Shown here in pieces: positions 52,223 through 63,036 of a stretch of DNA of 64,000 nt (position 1 is the stretch's first letter; every line of letters begins with the position of its first letter). A program made the translations under genes and the position numbers. The notes under the pieces were generated by a model that saw only the letters and a program-made list of their open reading frames with translations, was not told where the DNA came from and searched no databases. Source of the stretch: Sideroxydans sp. GTDB taxonomy: Bacteria; Pseudomonadota; Gammaproteobacteria; Burkholderiales; Gallionellaceae. The DNA lies in the NCBI GenBank assembly GCA_041653255.1, contig JBAZFV010000001.1, positions 255-64,254 on the forward strand. Direction: 5' to 3'.

Positions 52223-53299
52223 TTAACGACGTTCGGCCCGCCACAATAAAATCAGCGCCAGGCTTAGAAAAATCCAGCTCATGGCAGTTGCACTAAAGAC
52301 AGCGGGCCATTCATTCAGCGCACCCAGATTGGCAAACAGGCGTCCGACAAAATGGAAGCTCAAACCCAGCACCACCCCGACGAATATCTTTCCGCCGATG
52401 CCGCCTTCGCGCCGCTGATAGGATGAGAACGGCAGCGCCAGCAACAACATGACCAGCACCGCAAAGGGGTAGACCAGCTTGTTCCAGAGCGCGATGTCGT
52501 ACCGCACGGTTTTTTGCTTGTTGTCAGCCAGGTGCTGAATATATTGGTACAGGTTCCAGGCTGACATCTGTTCCGGCACCACCATCAGCACGTTCAGAAT
52601 ATCGGGGTTGAGTGTGGAGCGCCACTCCGCAACGGGCTGCACATCGACAGTCGTACCCTGTCCCGAAAACAGGGTCCGCCTTACCTCTTCCAGTTGCCAG
52701 AATCCCTCGCGTTGATAAGTGGCGCGCCCGGCTGCGGTGATGCTCTGCAGTTGGTAATTTTCATCGAACTGATAGATGCTCACATTGAGCAGCGAGGTGT
52801 CGTGCAGCACGTTCCTGACATTGATGAAACTGCCCTCATCCTTTACCCATACTCCGGATCGGAATTCCTTGATATTGACCTGCGCATTTTGTGCTTTGAG
52901 TTTGATCTGCTGGGCCAGTTTCTCACTCGGCGGCGCGATGAACTCGCCAAATATAAAACAGAGTACGAGCAAGGGTGCGCCAATACCCAACAAAGTGACG
53001 ATCATCTGGCGCAACGACACACCGGAAGCGCGGTAAACCGTCAACTCCGAACTTGCCGCCAGCTGCACCAGGGCGAAAATCGCCCCGATCAATACAGCGA
53101 CCGGGAACAACTCATAGATGTGTCCGGGCAGGGTCAGTAGCACGAACAGCAGGACGTAACTCAACTGGTAATCACCACGTCCCATCTCGTTGAGCTGGTT
53201 GATCAGGTCGAGCAAGGCAAACAACATCAACAAGGCGGCAAACACCAGACCGATGCTGAAGTAGATTTCTCGCGCCAGATAGCGGGCAAGCAGCTTCAC
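52223..53299 (-). CDS. lptG: LPS export permease LptG
   Basis: RYLAREI, SELTV.RASG; GTG start overlapping the lptF stop. Confidence 0.9.
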   Translation of the reverse strand: MKLLARYLAREIYFSIGLVFAALLMLFALLDLINQLNEMGRGDYQLSYVLLFVLLTLPGHIYELFPVAVLIGAIFALVQLAASSELTVYRASGVSLRQMIVTLLGIGAPLLVLCFIFGEFIAPPSEKLAQQIKLKAQNAQVNIKEFRSGVWVKDEGSFINVRNVLHDTSLLNVSIYQFDENYQLQSITAAGRATYQREGFWQLEEVRRTLFSGQGTTVDVQPVAEWRSTLNPDILNVLMVVPEQMSAWNLYQYIQHLADNKQKTVRYDIALWNKLVYPFAVLVMLLLALPFSSYQRREGGIGGKIFVGVVLGLSFHFVGRLFANLGALNEWPAVFSATAMSWIFLSLALILLWRAERR

Positions 53300-54438
53300 C
53301 GCTTGAACCTCCACCACGGCGTAACAGAGGAGCGGTAGTGAAACAGGATCAGCAGGATCAGAACCATAAATAGATGCAAGCCCCACAAACCGATCAACGG
53401 GCTGACCTTCTTCAATGCCACCCAGGAGTTGGTGACACTGATCATATTGTTGTAGAACATGTAGACCACCATCGCGGTGATCAGATTCAGCGAGCGCCCT
53501 GCACGCGGATCAACATAGCTCAGCGGAATGGCGAGCAACGCCAGAATCAGTGCGCTGAGCGGCAATCCGATGCGCCAGTGCAGTTCCGCCGTATGCAGGG
53601 AATGCGGATGCTGCAACAGGTAGAGTGTGGAATAGGCTTTGATATTGGGGAGCGCACGGCCCAACTCGGCCGGTTCAATGCGTACCGCGTAGCGTTCGAA
53701 GTGTGAGATTCTGAAGTCAGCCTGGCCCGGAACACCTTCATACCGCGAGCCATTCAACAACACCAGGAATCGGTCTCCATTTTCAGCGGTTTCCTGATAA
53801 CCCTCCTTCGCCACCATGGTTCCTTCTTTGCCATTCTGCACCGAACGCACAAAAATATTGCCTACGCGCTTGCTGCTGGTATCCACGTCTTCCAGAAAGA
53901 ACACGCGGTCCGCCTGTTTTGATTCACGAAAAGCACCGGGGGTGGCATGCGACACATCGTCTCGACTATCCAGTTGGCGCTTGAATTCGTCCGCCTTGGA
54001 TAATGCCCAAGGTGACAACACCAGACTCATGAAGGCGATCAGCACGGCAACCGGAATGGCATAGCCCAATACCGGGCGCATCCAGCGTGCGAGGCCGATG
54101 CCGGATGAGAACCACACCACCATCTCGCTATCACGATAACAACGCGAGAGGGTGATCAGGATCGAGAGGAACAGGCTGATCGAAAGCAACACGGGCAGAT
54201 AGTTCATGGCGCTGAAACCCAGCATCACCAGAATACCGTCCACTGCGAGCAGGCCGCTGACTGACTCGCTGAGGAATCGGATCAACTGGGTGAACACCAC
54301 AATACCAAGCAAAATGGAAAATACCAGCAGCCCGCTGGCGACGAATTCACGGATCAGCGTGCGAAAGAAAATACCGCGTATCCTGGGCGAACCGGACAAT
54401 TTTGACTTTTGCGGCGTGGATTGCGGATAATCCGGCAT
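53296..54438 (-). CDS. lptF: LPS export permease LptF (start uncertain)
   Basis: RDSEMVVW.SSG, ELHWR, LAIPLS...PR.GR. Confidence 0.88.
   Translation of the reverse strand: MPDYPQSTPQKSKLSGSPRIRGIFFRTLIREFVASGLLVFSILLGIVVFTQLIRFLSESVSGLLAVDGILVMLGFSAMNYLPVLLSISLFLSILITLSRCYRDSEMVVWFSSGIGLARWMRPVLGYAIPVAVLIAFMSLVLSPWALSKADEFKRQLDSRDDVSHATPGAFRESKQADRVFFLEDVDTSSKRVGNIFVRSVQNGKEGTMVAKEGYQETAENGDRFLVLLNGSRYEGVPGQADFRISHFERYAVRIEPAELGRALPNIKAYSTLYLLQHPHSLHTAELHWRIGLPLSALILALLAIPLSYVDPRAGRSLNLITAMVVYMFYNNMISVTNSWVALKKVSPLIGLWGLHLFMVLILLILFHYRSSVTPWWRFKR
54402..54431 (+). promoter_or_regulatory. Putative sigma70 promoter of pepA
   Basis: TTGACT, 18 nt, GATAAT. Confidence 0.55.
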
Positions 54439-54473
54439 CTGGGTGGATTCAGAGATCAATTGAGGAGAGGCGC

Positions 54474-55961
54474 GTGGAATTTAGCATAAAACAGGGTAGT
54501 CCGGAAAAACTGAAGAGTGATTGCGTGGTGGTTGGTGTGTTTGAAGGCGGCAAGCTGTCCCGTGCGGCACAAACACTCGACAAGGCCTGCAAAAATATAT
54601 TGAGCGACTTGGTCGCACATGGCGACATGAGTGGAAAGTCTGCCTCCACGCTGCTGTTGCATAAGTTGCCTGGCATCCTCGCTCCACGTGTGTTACTCGT
54701 CGGCTTGGGCAAGGCCGATGGACAAACCTGCAAATCCCGCATCGAGATTTTGCACGCCCTGTTCAAGACATTGCACGGCACACCGGCAAAAGATGCGGTG
54801 CTGTATCTGGCCGAAGAGGAAATGGGGCAGGATACAGCATGGGTATTGCGTCAAGCCGTGTTCATCGGCACCGAACACGCTTTCCGCGCCGACGGGCTGA
54901 AGAGCAAACCTGCCGATGCAGCAAAATTGAAACACATTACCTTTGCCACATTGGACAAACCGGCGGCGCAACTGAAGGAGGTGGTTGCACAAACCGCCGC
55001 CGGCACGCGTGGAATGGAGCTGACCAAGACTCTTGCCAACTTGCCCGGCAACATCTGTACTCCGACCTACCTCGCCGCGCAAGCGCTGGCGCTGGGCAAA
55101 GCGCACAAAAAGATCAAGACCACCGTGCTGGAAGAAAAGGATATGCGCAAGCTGGGGATGGGCGCTTTCCTCGCCGTCACACGCGGCAGCGAACAACCCG
55201 CCAAACTCATCACACTCGAATACAACGGCACAGACAAGAAACACAAACCCGTTGTACTGGTCGGCAAGGGCATAACCTTCGACAGCGGCGGCATCTCGCT
55301 CAAACCGGGTGCCGAGATGGACGAGATGAAATACGACATGTGCGGCGCGGCCAGCGTGCTCGGTACTATTCAGGCCATCGCCGAGATGGGTCTGAAGATC
55401 AACGTGGTCGGCGTCATTCCAAGTAGCGAGAACCTGCCCTCCGGCACCGCCACCAAGCCGGGTGACATCGTCACCAGCATGTCCGGCCAGTCCATCGAGA
55501 TACTCAATACAGATGCCGAAGGTCGCCTCGTGTTGTGTGACGCACTCACTTACTCGGCCAAATTCAAGCCCGACACCGTGATTGACATCGCCACTCTCAC
55601 CGGCGCCTGCGTCATCGCATTGGGGCATGTGGCCAGCGGCCTGTTCAGCAACGACAGCAATCTTGCCCGGGAACTGCTGGCAGCAGGAGAACAGACGCAC
55701 GACCGCGCCTGGCAACTGCCGCTATGGGAAGACTACCAACCGCTGCTGGATTCCAACTTCGCCGATATGCAGAATATCGGTGGCCGCGCGGGCGGCACCA
55801 TCACCGCCGCCTGTTTCCTGTCACGCTTCACCAAGGATTACCACTGGGCGCACCTCGACATCGCGGGCACAGCATGGAAATCCGGCAAAGAAAAAGGCGC
55901 AACCGGGCGGCCTCTGCCGCTGCTCACGCAATATTTAATCAATCGGGCAAATAGCAAATGA
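54474..55961 (+). CDS. pepA: Leucyl aminopeptidase
   Basis: GKGITFDSGG, MKYDM, NTDAEGRL, HLDIAG; GAGGAG upstream of GTG. Confidence 0.97.
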   Translation: MEFSIKQGSPEKLKSDCVVVGVFEGGKLSRAAQTLDKACKNILSDLVAHGDMSGKSASTLLLHKLPGILAPRVLLVGLGKADGQTCKSRIEILHALFKTLHGTPAKDAVLYLAEEEMGQDTAWVLRQAVFIGTEHAFRADGLKSKPADAAKLKHITFATLDKPAAQLKEVVAQTAAGTRGMELTKTLANLPGNICTPTYLAAQALALGKAHKKIKTTVLEEKDMRKLGMGAFLAVTRGSEQPAKLITLEYNGTDKKHKPVVLVGKGITFDSGGISLKPGAEMDEMKYDMCGAASVLGTIQAIAEMGLKINVVGVIPSSENLPSGTATKPGDIVTSMSGQSIEILNTDAEGRLVLCDALTYSAKFKPDTVIDIATLTGACVIALGHVASGLFSNDSNLARELLAAGEQTHDRAWQLPLWEDYQPLLDSNFADMQNIGGRAGGTITAACFLSRFTKDYHWAHLDIAGTAWKSGKEKGATGRPLPLLTQYLINRANSK

Positions 55962-55964
55962 TTT

Positions 55965-56017
55965 GCCGCAGAATACACAGAGAAGAAAGATGATGTTCCC
56001 TCTGTACACTCTGTGGC
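55965..56017. repeat. Intergenic hairpin of 9-mer (CACAGAG) repeats
   Basis: gccgcagaa tacacagag ... ctctgtaca ctctgtggc. Confidence 0.75.
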
Positions 56018-56032
56018 TAACTGGTTTCAGTT

Positions 56033-56458
56033 ATGACTAAAATCGACTTCTACACCGGCAGCGAAGACAAGCTGCGCACAGCCTGTCAGCTGAGCCACAA
56101 GGCGATGCAGAACGGATTGCACGTGCTGCTGCATGTGCCGGATGACGGGCTGGCCGACAGGCTGGACAAACTGCTGTGGCACTATCCCGCCACCGCCTTC
56201 ATGCCGCACTGCCGTAGTCACGATGCGGAGGCGGCCAGCATGCCGGTAGTCATCGGGCGCGACGAGAATTTCCCCCACTCCGAGTTGCTGATCAGCCTGC
56301 ATGAGGAATGCGTGACGTTCTTCAGCCGCTTCGAGCGCGTCATCGAGATTGTCGGTTGCGACACGGAGGAAGCCGCACACGGACGCCTGCGCTTCAAATA
56401 TTACCGTGACCGCGGCTACGAACTCGGGCACACCGACCTTGCCAAGCTACGCGCATGA
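56033..56458 (+). CDS. holC: DNA polymerase III chi subunit
   Basis: IDFY, LD.LLW, F.PH, R.RF.YYR.RGY; located between pepA and valS. Confidence 0.92.
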   Translation: MTKIDFYTGSEDKLRTACQLSHKAMQNGLHVLLHVPDDGLADRLDKLLWHYPATAFMPHCRSHDAEAASMPVVIGRDENFPHSELLISLHEECVTFFSRFERVIEIVGCDTEEAAHGRLRFKYYRDRGYELGHTDLAKLRA

Positions 56459-56757
56459 CCCAGCCACACTCCATCCCGTTGCTGACCGAGGTCGTTCCCG
56501 ATACGACAGACGACTTGCCGGTGCTGACCGACATTGCGCCGGACACACCGCCCGCACCAGCCAGCTCCTCCTCGCCGGACACCCTGCCCGGTTTGCAACA
56601 AACTCTCGAAACGTATATCGAGACCGTATTTGCCGACAAGCTAAAAACTCACCTGGCAACCGCCAATCAATGGGCGATTGAAGCAGCCATTGCTGAATTG
56701 AAAAATGAGCTGCCACAACTGATCCGCAAGGCACAGGAGCGAACCAGCACTGACTGA
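56455..56757 (+). CDS. Hypothetical protein (IPxLTE-type N-terminus)
   Basis: ATGA overlap with holC; IPLLTE and LPVLTD motifs plus a helical tail. Confidence 0.65.
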   Translation: MTQPHSIPLLTEVVPDTTDDLPVLTDIAPDTPPAPASSSSPDTLPGLQQTLETYIETVFADKLKTHLATANQWAIEAAIAELKNELPQLIRKAQERTSTD

Positions 56758-56784
56758 TAGCCTGCCTCGGGCCCTGCACAGAGT

Positions 56785-56793
56785 TGGTATAAT
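56785..56793 (+). promoter_or_regulatory. Extended -10 promoter of valS
   Basis: TGGTATAAT followed by a GC-rich discriminator. Confidence 0.6.
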
Positions 56794-56828
56794 CGCGGCC
56801 TTTTCCGCCGCACATCAATCTGACCAAA

Positions 56829-59621
56829 ATGGAACTCGCCAAAAGTTTTGACCCAAAAGATATTGAAGCACGCTGGTATCCCGCATGGGAAAACGCCGGG
56901 TACTTCAAGGCCGGACTCGACACCTCGAAACAAGAGAATTTCTGCATCCTGCTACCGCCGCCAAACGTCACCGGCACGCTGCACATGGGGCACGGCTTCA
57001 ACCAGACCCTGATGGACGCGCTGACGCGCTATCACCGTATGCGCGGGGACAACACACTGTGGCAACCAGGCACCGATCATGCGGGCATCGCCACCCAGAT
57101 CGTGGTGGAGCGCCAGCTCGACGCGCAGGGTATCTCTCGCCACGACCTAGGGCGCGAGAAGTTCATTGAAAAAGTGTGGGAATGGAAAGAATATTCCGGC
57201 AACACCATCACCAAACAGATGCGTCGTCTCGGCACTTCGCCAGACTGGTCGCGCGAACGCTTCACCATGGACGAAGGTCTGTCGCAATCCGTTACCGAAA
57301 CATTCGTGCGCCTGTTCAACGAAGGTCTGATCTATCGCGGCAAGCGTCTGGTGAACTGGGATCCGAAACTGCACACCGCCGTGTCCGATCTGGAAGTGGT
57401 GCAGGAAGAAGAAGACGGCTTCATGTATCACATCCGCTATCCGCTGGCGGACGGTTCCGGTCATCTGACGGTTGCGACGACGCGCCCCGAGACCATGCTG
57501 GGTGACGTGGCAGTGATGGTGAATCCGGAAGATGAACGTTACCAGCACCTCATCGGTAAACAGGTAAAACTGCCGCTGTGCGGACGCGATATCCCGATCA
57601 TCGCCGACGACTATGTCGACAAGGAATTCGGCACCGGCGTGGTGAAAGTCACGCCAGCGCATGACTTCAACGACTATGCGGTCGGTCAGCGTCACAAGCT
57701 GGAGATAATCTCCATCCTCACGCTGGATGCAAAGATCAACGAGCACGCGCCCAAGCAATATCAAGGCATGGATAGATTCGCTGCGCGCAAACAGATCGTT
57801 GCCGATCTGGAAGCCGCAGGAGTGTTCGAAAAAGCCGACAAGCACAAACTCAAAGTGCCGCGCGGAGACCGCACCGGCGTGGTAATCGAACCGATGCTGA
57901 CCGACCAGTGGTTCGTGGCGATGAGCAAACCCGGTGACGGCGGCAAGAGCATTACCGCGCAGGCGCTGGAATGTGTGGCCTCGGGCGAAATCAAGTTCCA
58001 CCCGGAGAACTGGGTGAACACCTACAACCAGTGGCTGAACAACATTCAGGACTGGTGCATCTCGCGGCAACTGTGGTGGGGACACCAGATTCCCGCGTGG
58101 TACGGCGTGAACGGCGAAGTGTTCGTCGCGCACGACGAGGCCGAGGCGCGCCATCTGGCGGACAAGGCCGGTTACGCCGGACAGCTTGATCGCGACAGCG
58201 ACGTGCTCGACACCTGGTTCTCTTCCGCGCTGTGGCCGTTCTCAACACTGGACTGGGTGGGCGATGCGGACAAGGATGCAAAGAACCCGTTCGTGCAGCA
58301 ATACCTGCCGTCGTCGGTGCTGGTCACCGGCTTCGACATCATCTTCTTCTGGGTGGCGCGTATGGTGATGATGACCAAACACATCACCGGCAAGATCCCG
58401 TTCAAGGATGTGTACGTGCACGGCTTGATCCGCGATGCGGAAGGCCAGAAGATGTCCAAGTCCAAGGGTAATGTGCTCGACCCCATCGACCTGATCGATG
58501 GCATCAACCTCGACTCTCTGGTGAAAAAGCGCACTGCCGGATTGATGAACCCCAAGGACGCGGAGAAGATCGAAAAACGCACACGCAGGGAGTTCCCCGA
58601 CGGGATTACTGCTTTCGGCACCGACGCGTTGCGCTTCACCTTCGCCTCACTCGCCTCGCCCGGTCGCGACATCAAGTTTGATATGCAACGCTGTGAAGGC
58701 TATCGCAACTTCTGCAACAAGCTATGGAACGCCACGCGTTTCGTACTGATGAACTGCGACGGCAAGGATGTCGGTCTCGACGAAAGCTTCCCCCTGGACT
58801 TCTCCGCCGCCGACAAGTGGATGATCAGTGTGTTGCAGCAGGCCGAGGCCGAGATGGCGGCTCACTTCGCCGATTACCGTTTCGACATGGCCGCGCGCAC
58901 CGTGTACGAACTGGTGTGGAACACCTACTGCGACTGGTATGTGGAACTGGCCAAGGTGCAGATGGCCAACGGCAGCGAAGCGCAGCAGCGCGCCACACGA
59001 CGCACACTGGTTCGCGTGCTGGAAACTATTCTGCGTCTGGCACACCCCATCATCCCATTCATTACTGAAGAGTTGTGGCAATCAGTCGCACCGATGGCGA
59101 AGGCAAAGGGTAACAGCATCATGCTGCAAGCCTATCCCAAGGCTGACACCAGCAAGGTCGACGAAACCGCCATCGCACAGGTCGCACTGTTGCAGGAACT
59201 GGTCACCGCCACCCGCAGCCTGCGCAGCGAGATGAATTTGTCCCCCGCCGCACGCGTGCCGTTGGTTGCAGCAGGCAATGCAACAATGTTGAACGCACTT
59301 GCCCCTTACATCAGCAGCCTCGGCAAGTTGAGCGAAGTTCAGGTCGTCGCCGAATTACCGGAAGGTGACGCACCCATATCAATCGTCGGTAGCTTCAAGC
59401 TGATGTTGAAGGTGGAAGTCGACGTGGTGGCGGAACGTGAACGTCTGGATAAAGAAATCGCACGTCTCTCCAACGAGATCGCCAAAGCACATGCCAAGCT
59501 CGGTAACGAAAGCTTCGTTGCACGCGCCCCGGCGGCGGTAGTGGAACAGGAAAAGAAACGGATGGAGGATTTCAGTACAACGCTGGTGCAGTTACAGGCA
59601 CAGCGAAAGAAGCTGGGATAA
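56829..59621 (+). CDS. valS: Valine--tRNA ligase
   Basis: PPPNVTG.LHMGH, KMSKS, C-terminal coiled coil. Confidence 0.98.
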   Translation: MELAKSFDPKDIEARWYPAWENAGYFKAGLDTSKQENFCILLPPPNVTGTLHMGHGFNQTLMDALTRYHRMRGDNTLWQPGTDHAGIATQIVVERQLDAQGISRHDLGREKFIEKVWEWKEYSGNTITKQMRRLGTSPDWSRERFTMDEGLSQSVTETFVRLFNEGLIYRGKRLVNWDPKLHTAVSDLEVVQEEEDGFMYHIRYPLADGSGHLTVATTRPETMLGDVAVMVNPEDERYQHLIGKQVKLPLCGRDIPIIADDYVDKEFGTGVVKVTPAHDFNDYAVGQRHKLEIISILTLDAKINEHAPKQYQGMDRFAARKQIVADLEAAGVFEKADKHKLKVPRGDRTGVVIEPMLTDQWFVAMSKPGDGGKSITAQALECVASGEIKFHPENWVNTYNQWLNNIQDWCISRQLWWGHQIPAWYGVNGEVFVAHDEAEARHLADKAGYAGQLDRDSDVLDTWFSSALWPFSTLDWVGDADKDAKNPFVQQYLPSSVLVTGFDIIFFWVARMVMMTKHITGKIPFKDVYVHGLIRDAEGQKMSKSKGNVLDPIDLIDGINLDSLVKKRTAGLMNPKDAEKIEKRTRREFPDGITAFGTDALRFTFASLASPGRDIKFDMQRCEGYRNFCNKLWNATRFVLMNCDGKDVGLDESFPLDFSAADKWMISVLQQAEAEMAAHFADYRFDMAARTVYELVWNTYCDWYVELAKVQMANGSEAQQRATRRTLVRVLETILRLAHPIIPFITEELWQSVAPMAKAKGNSIMLQAYPKADTSKVDETAIAQVALLQELVTATRSLRSEMNLSPAARVPLVAAGNATMLNALAPYISSLGKLSEVQVVAELPEGDAPISIVGSFKLMLKVEVDVVAERERLDKEIARLSNEIAKAHAKLGNESFVARAPAAVVEQEKKRMEDFSTTLVQLQAQRKKLG

Positions 59622-59645
59622 AAGCAAGCACTCCACTCCCTCTCC

Positions 59646-59798
59646 TCGCTGGCGCTGAAAGAAACATTGCGCGACATCATCGACACTATTGTCGTACCGA
59701 GCAAGGACACGCTGATGATTCTCAGTGGTATCGTGGTGATTCGAACCGTGATGGCTTATTTCCTGTCGCAGGAAATCGAGAAGAAGACCGCCGAATGA
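59646..59798 (+). pseudogene. C-terminal remnant of a DUF1622-like membrane protein
   Basis: SLALKETLRDIIDTIVVPSKDTLMILSGIVVIRTVMAYFLSQEIEKKTAE*; no 5' half and no RBS. Confidence 0.6.
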
Positions 59799-59809
59799 AT
59801 TGAGACAAC

Positions 59810-60046
59810 TCAACGGCGGCGAATCAGAAATACAAACTCTGCATTTCGTTCAGTCGAAGACAACAACTCGTTACCAGTCTTGCTGCAGAAATCCATAAAA
59901 TCCCTGGGCGATCCCTTATCGGTGGCGACAACCTGCAGCACCTGGCCGGCGCTCATCTCTGCCAGCGCTTTCTTGGCGCGCAAGATTGGCAACGGGCAGG
60001 CAAGTTTGCGCACATCCAGCGCCACATCAAATATGATCCCGCTCAT
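59810..60046 (-). CDS. TusA/SirA-family sulfur carrier
   Basis: LDVRKLACPLP, ATD.GS..D. Confidence 0.9.
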   Translation of the reverse strand: MSGIIFDVALDVRKLACPLPILRAKKALAEMSAGQVLQVVATDKGSPRDFMDFCSKTGNELLSSTERNAEFVFLIRRR

Positions 60047-60208
60047 GCCTCGAGCCTCCCGCCGGCGTGGTACCAGATAGTAGTAACACCTTGTGGATTG
60101 CAGGTGTTGGCATACCCTTGCGATGCGTTCACTCTTGCAAGAAGTCGCTGCGATCCACTTGCACTCATGTTTCCGAATACATTCACACCCTTCTCCAGTT
60201 GGAAATGG

Positions 60209-61507
60209 TTATTCATCCGCATGATCGCTCAATAATCTGGATATGCGCGTATTGGCCACCGCCAGGCGCTTGACCAGCATGTGCAGGAACGCTTCACCAA
60301 ACTGGTAGCGGCAATTGGCTGATGCACGCGCCAGCACATCCGGATCTATTTCGATCAGTTTTACATCCGTCTTGGCGAAAATATCAGTCGTGCGTTTAGC
60401 GTCTTTCCCGGTGAGGTGCGCCATTTCACCGAAACAATCACCTTTGTGCAATAAACTCAGCAATCGCCCCTGCTTCAATACTCGCACCGAGCCGGTGGCG
60501 ATGATGTAGAAGGTCTGGCCGATTCCCCCTTCATTCAATATCTGCTCGCCCTTGGGTGCCTTGCGCCATTCGCTGATGCGCAGTACTTCCCACAATTCAA
60601 CATCGCTGAAATCAGAGAAGAATGGCAAGGCACGAACGGTATCGAATTTTTCGGTATCGAATATCTGTTCCTGTTGCGGCATGTCAGTGCTGATGAATGC
60701 GACCAGATCACGTGCCATTACATCCCAGCTGTGGTAGCGCTGTATCGCCTCCTTGCACATCGCACGCTGCACGATGGCATCCAGTGCGGGCGGAATCTCG
60801 GGGCGATAGTTGCTGGGCGGGGGCGGCTCGATATTCATGATCTGGTAGATCATGCTGAAGTTGTTGGCTGCTTCGAACGGCAGCCTCCCTGTCAGCATGC
60901 GATACATCGTCACACCCAGAGAATAGATGTCGGTCTGATGCGTCAGGGTTTGTTCCTTGATTTGCTCCGGCGACATATAGGCTGGCGACCCCACCCCGCT
61001 CACCTGTGTGGTCTGCTGGTTTTCCAGAAATGCCGCGCCAAAATCCGATATCTTGATGTCACTCTCCCCGCGCAGCAGGATATTGGCCGGTTTGATGTCG
61101 CGGTGAATCACACCCTGATATTGCGCGTACTCGAGCGCTTTACAGCATTTATAGATGATTTCGGCGATGCGTCCGAGCGGCAACAAATGATCGACCTCGG
61201 CATACTTTTCCAGCGTCTCGCCTTCGATATATTCCATCACCATGTAATTAACATCGCCATCCATGACCGCATCGTAAATTTTCACGATGTGTGGATGCGA
61301 CAATTTACCGGCGAGTGATGCCTCGGTCAGCAATAATTTTCTAAAGGCCTTGCTGCTGGCGCCATGCTGCAGCACACCGGCATTGAACAGTTTGAGCGCG
61401 ACACGCTGCTGGCTAAATGGGTCGAGAGCAAGAAACACGGTACTGGTTGCACCGCGTCCGATTTCTTTTATAACATGGTATTTGCCGATCGATTTCATGC
61501 TGGCCAT
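60209..61507 (-). CDS. Hanks-type Ser/Thr kinase with C-terminal cNMP-binding domain
   Basis: GRG, VALK, HRDIKPAN, DFG, SPE; GDCFGEMA and R.T in the cNMP domain. Confidence 0.9.
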   Translation of the reverse strand: MASMKSIGKYHVIKEIGRGATSTVFLALDPFSQQRVALKLFNAGVLQHGASSKAFRKLLLTEASLAGKLSHPHIVKIYDAVMDGDVNYMVMEYIEGETLEKYAEVDHLLPLGRIAEIIYKCCKALEYAQYQGVIHRDIKPANILLRGESDIKISDFGAAFLENQQTTQVSGVGSPAYMSPEQIKEQTLTHQTDIYSLGVTMYRMLTGRLPFEAANNFSMIYQIMNIEPPPPSNYRPEIPPALDAIVQRAMCKEAIQRYHSWDVMARDLVAFISTDMPQQEQIFDTEKFDTVRALPFFSDFSDVELWEVLRISEWRKAPKGEQILNEGGIGQTFYIIATGSVRVLKQGRLLSLLHKGDCFGEMAHLTGKDAKRTTDIFAKTDVKLIEIDPDVLARASANCRYQFGEAFLHMLVKRLAVANTRISRLLSDHADE

Positions 61508-61598
61508 TGCGCTTACGGATGCACATTCTCCCGTTTTGCCTCATACCTGTCCAGCACACACAGGTGAACCAATTTAAGTGGGTGCTATCATACCGGCC

Positions 61599-63020
61599 AT
61601 GAAAAAAATCATTCCATTCCTGCTAATCCTGTTTCCCCTGCATCTTGCGGCAGACGGCCTGCCCGACCTGGGAGATGTATCGCAAACGGCCGTGTCACCA
61701 CTGATGGAACGTCAGATCGGCGAGCAAAGTATGCTGCAGATTCGTGCCAGTGACCGCTATCTGGACGACCCGGAGTTGGCCGGTTACCTCAACCGACTGG
61801 GAAAGCATCTGGTCGCCAACAGTAGCGAGCCCGGACAGTCGTTTGAATTCTTTGTACTGGATGACGGCGCCATCAATGCCTTCGCCTTGCCGGGGGGATT
61901 TATCGGTGTCAATACCGGACTGATCCTGCTGACGCAAAACGAATCTGAATTGGCCTCGGTGTTGAGCCATGAAATATCACACGTCACCCAACACCATCTG
62001 GCGCGGATAGTATCCGGCCAGAAATATGACTCACTTGCCGCCATGGCCACCATTGCCGTCGCCATTCTTGCTGCACGCAACAATCCGCAGGCGGCAGAGG
62101 CAGGTATCATCGGCGCACAGAGTGGCTTGGTACAACGCCGGCTCGACTTCACACGAGAGCATGAAAAAGAGGCTGACCGCATCGGTCTCGGCATCCTGCA
62201 GCGATCCGGTTTCGACCCCCATGCCATGCCCAGTTTCTTTGAGCGCCTGCAAAAGGCCACCCAACTGGTTGAAGGCAACGCCCCCAGTTATTTGCGCACT
62301 CACCCACTCACCGCTGAACGGGTTTCCGACGTGGGCAACCGTGTGCAGCAAATCCCTTTTAAACTGATAGCGGACAGCCTTGATTTTCAGCTGATGCGTG
62401 CGCGCGTAATTGCGTCACAAAAAACACCGCAAGATGCAATCGCGTATTTCGAGTCGGCACTGGGTGACAAAAAATACGGCAATCCGCTGGCTCACCGCTA
62501 CGGGCTGGTGCTCGCCCTGTTGCGCGCCAAGCAGGACTCCCGTGCCGCACAAGAATTCAACACACTCCACCGTTTGGCACCACCAAACGCTACTATTACC
62601 ACACTGGCTGGCAACATCAGACGAGCAGAAGGAAACGACCAGAAGACCCTCGACTTCTATCGCGAAGCACTCAAGCAATACCCGACCCATCAGGCACTGA
62701 TTTTTGACTACGTAGTGATGCTGTTAAGTCAGCATCACTACGCCGAAGCACTAAACCTGCTGGACAAGGAAGTTGCACATGACGGCAATAATGCCAAGCT
62801 TTACGAACTGCAGGCACGTGCCTACACGGCGCTGGGCCGACACCAAGAGGCGCATCACGTGCTGGCTTATTTCCAGATTTTGCATGGCAATTTGCGTGGT
62901 GCAATTGAACAACTGGAGCTAGCAAAACTGGCCGGGAATGATTACTACCAACTTTCCACAATCGAAACAGAGCTCAAGCAGTACCGGGAAATCCTGGACG
63001 CACAACGCAAGCGTCGATAA
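61599..63020 (+). CDS. bepA: M48 metalloprotease BepA/YfgC with TPR region
   Basis: Signal peptide, LPDLG, NAFALPGG, HEISH, EKEAD, THP. Confidence 0.88.
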   Translation: MKKIIPFLLILFPLHLAADGLPDLGDVSQTAVSPLMERQIGEQSMLQIRASDRYLDDPELAGYLNRLGKHLVANSSEPGQSFEFFVLDDGAINAFALPGGFIGVNTGLILLTQNESELASVLSHEISHVTQHHLARIVSGQKYDSLAAMATIAVAILAARNNPQAAEAGIIGAQSGLVQRRLDFTREHEKEADRIGLGILQRSGFDPHAMPSFFERLQKATQLVEGNAPSYLRTHPLTAERVSDVGNRVQQIPFKLIADSLDFQLMRARVIASQKTPQDAIAYFESALGDKKYGNPLAHRYGLVLALLRAKQDSRAAQEFNTLHRLAPPNATITTLAGNIRRAEGNDQKTLDFYREALKQYPTHQALIFDYVVMLLSQHHYAEALNLLDKEVAHDGNNAKLYELQARAYTALGRHQEAHHVLAYFQILHGNLRGAIEQLELAKLAGNDYYQLSTIETELKQYREILDAQRKRR

Positions 63021-63036
63021 TCGAGTGTGCGAAGTT

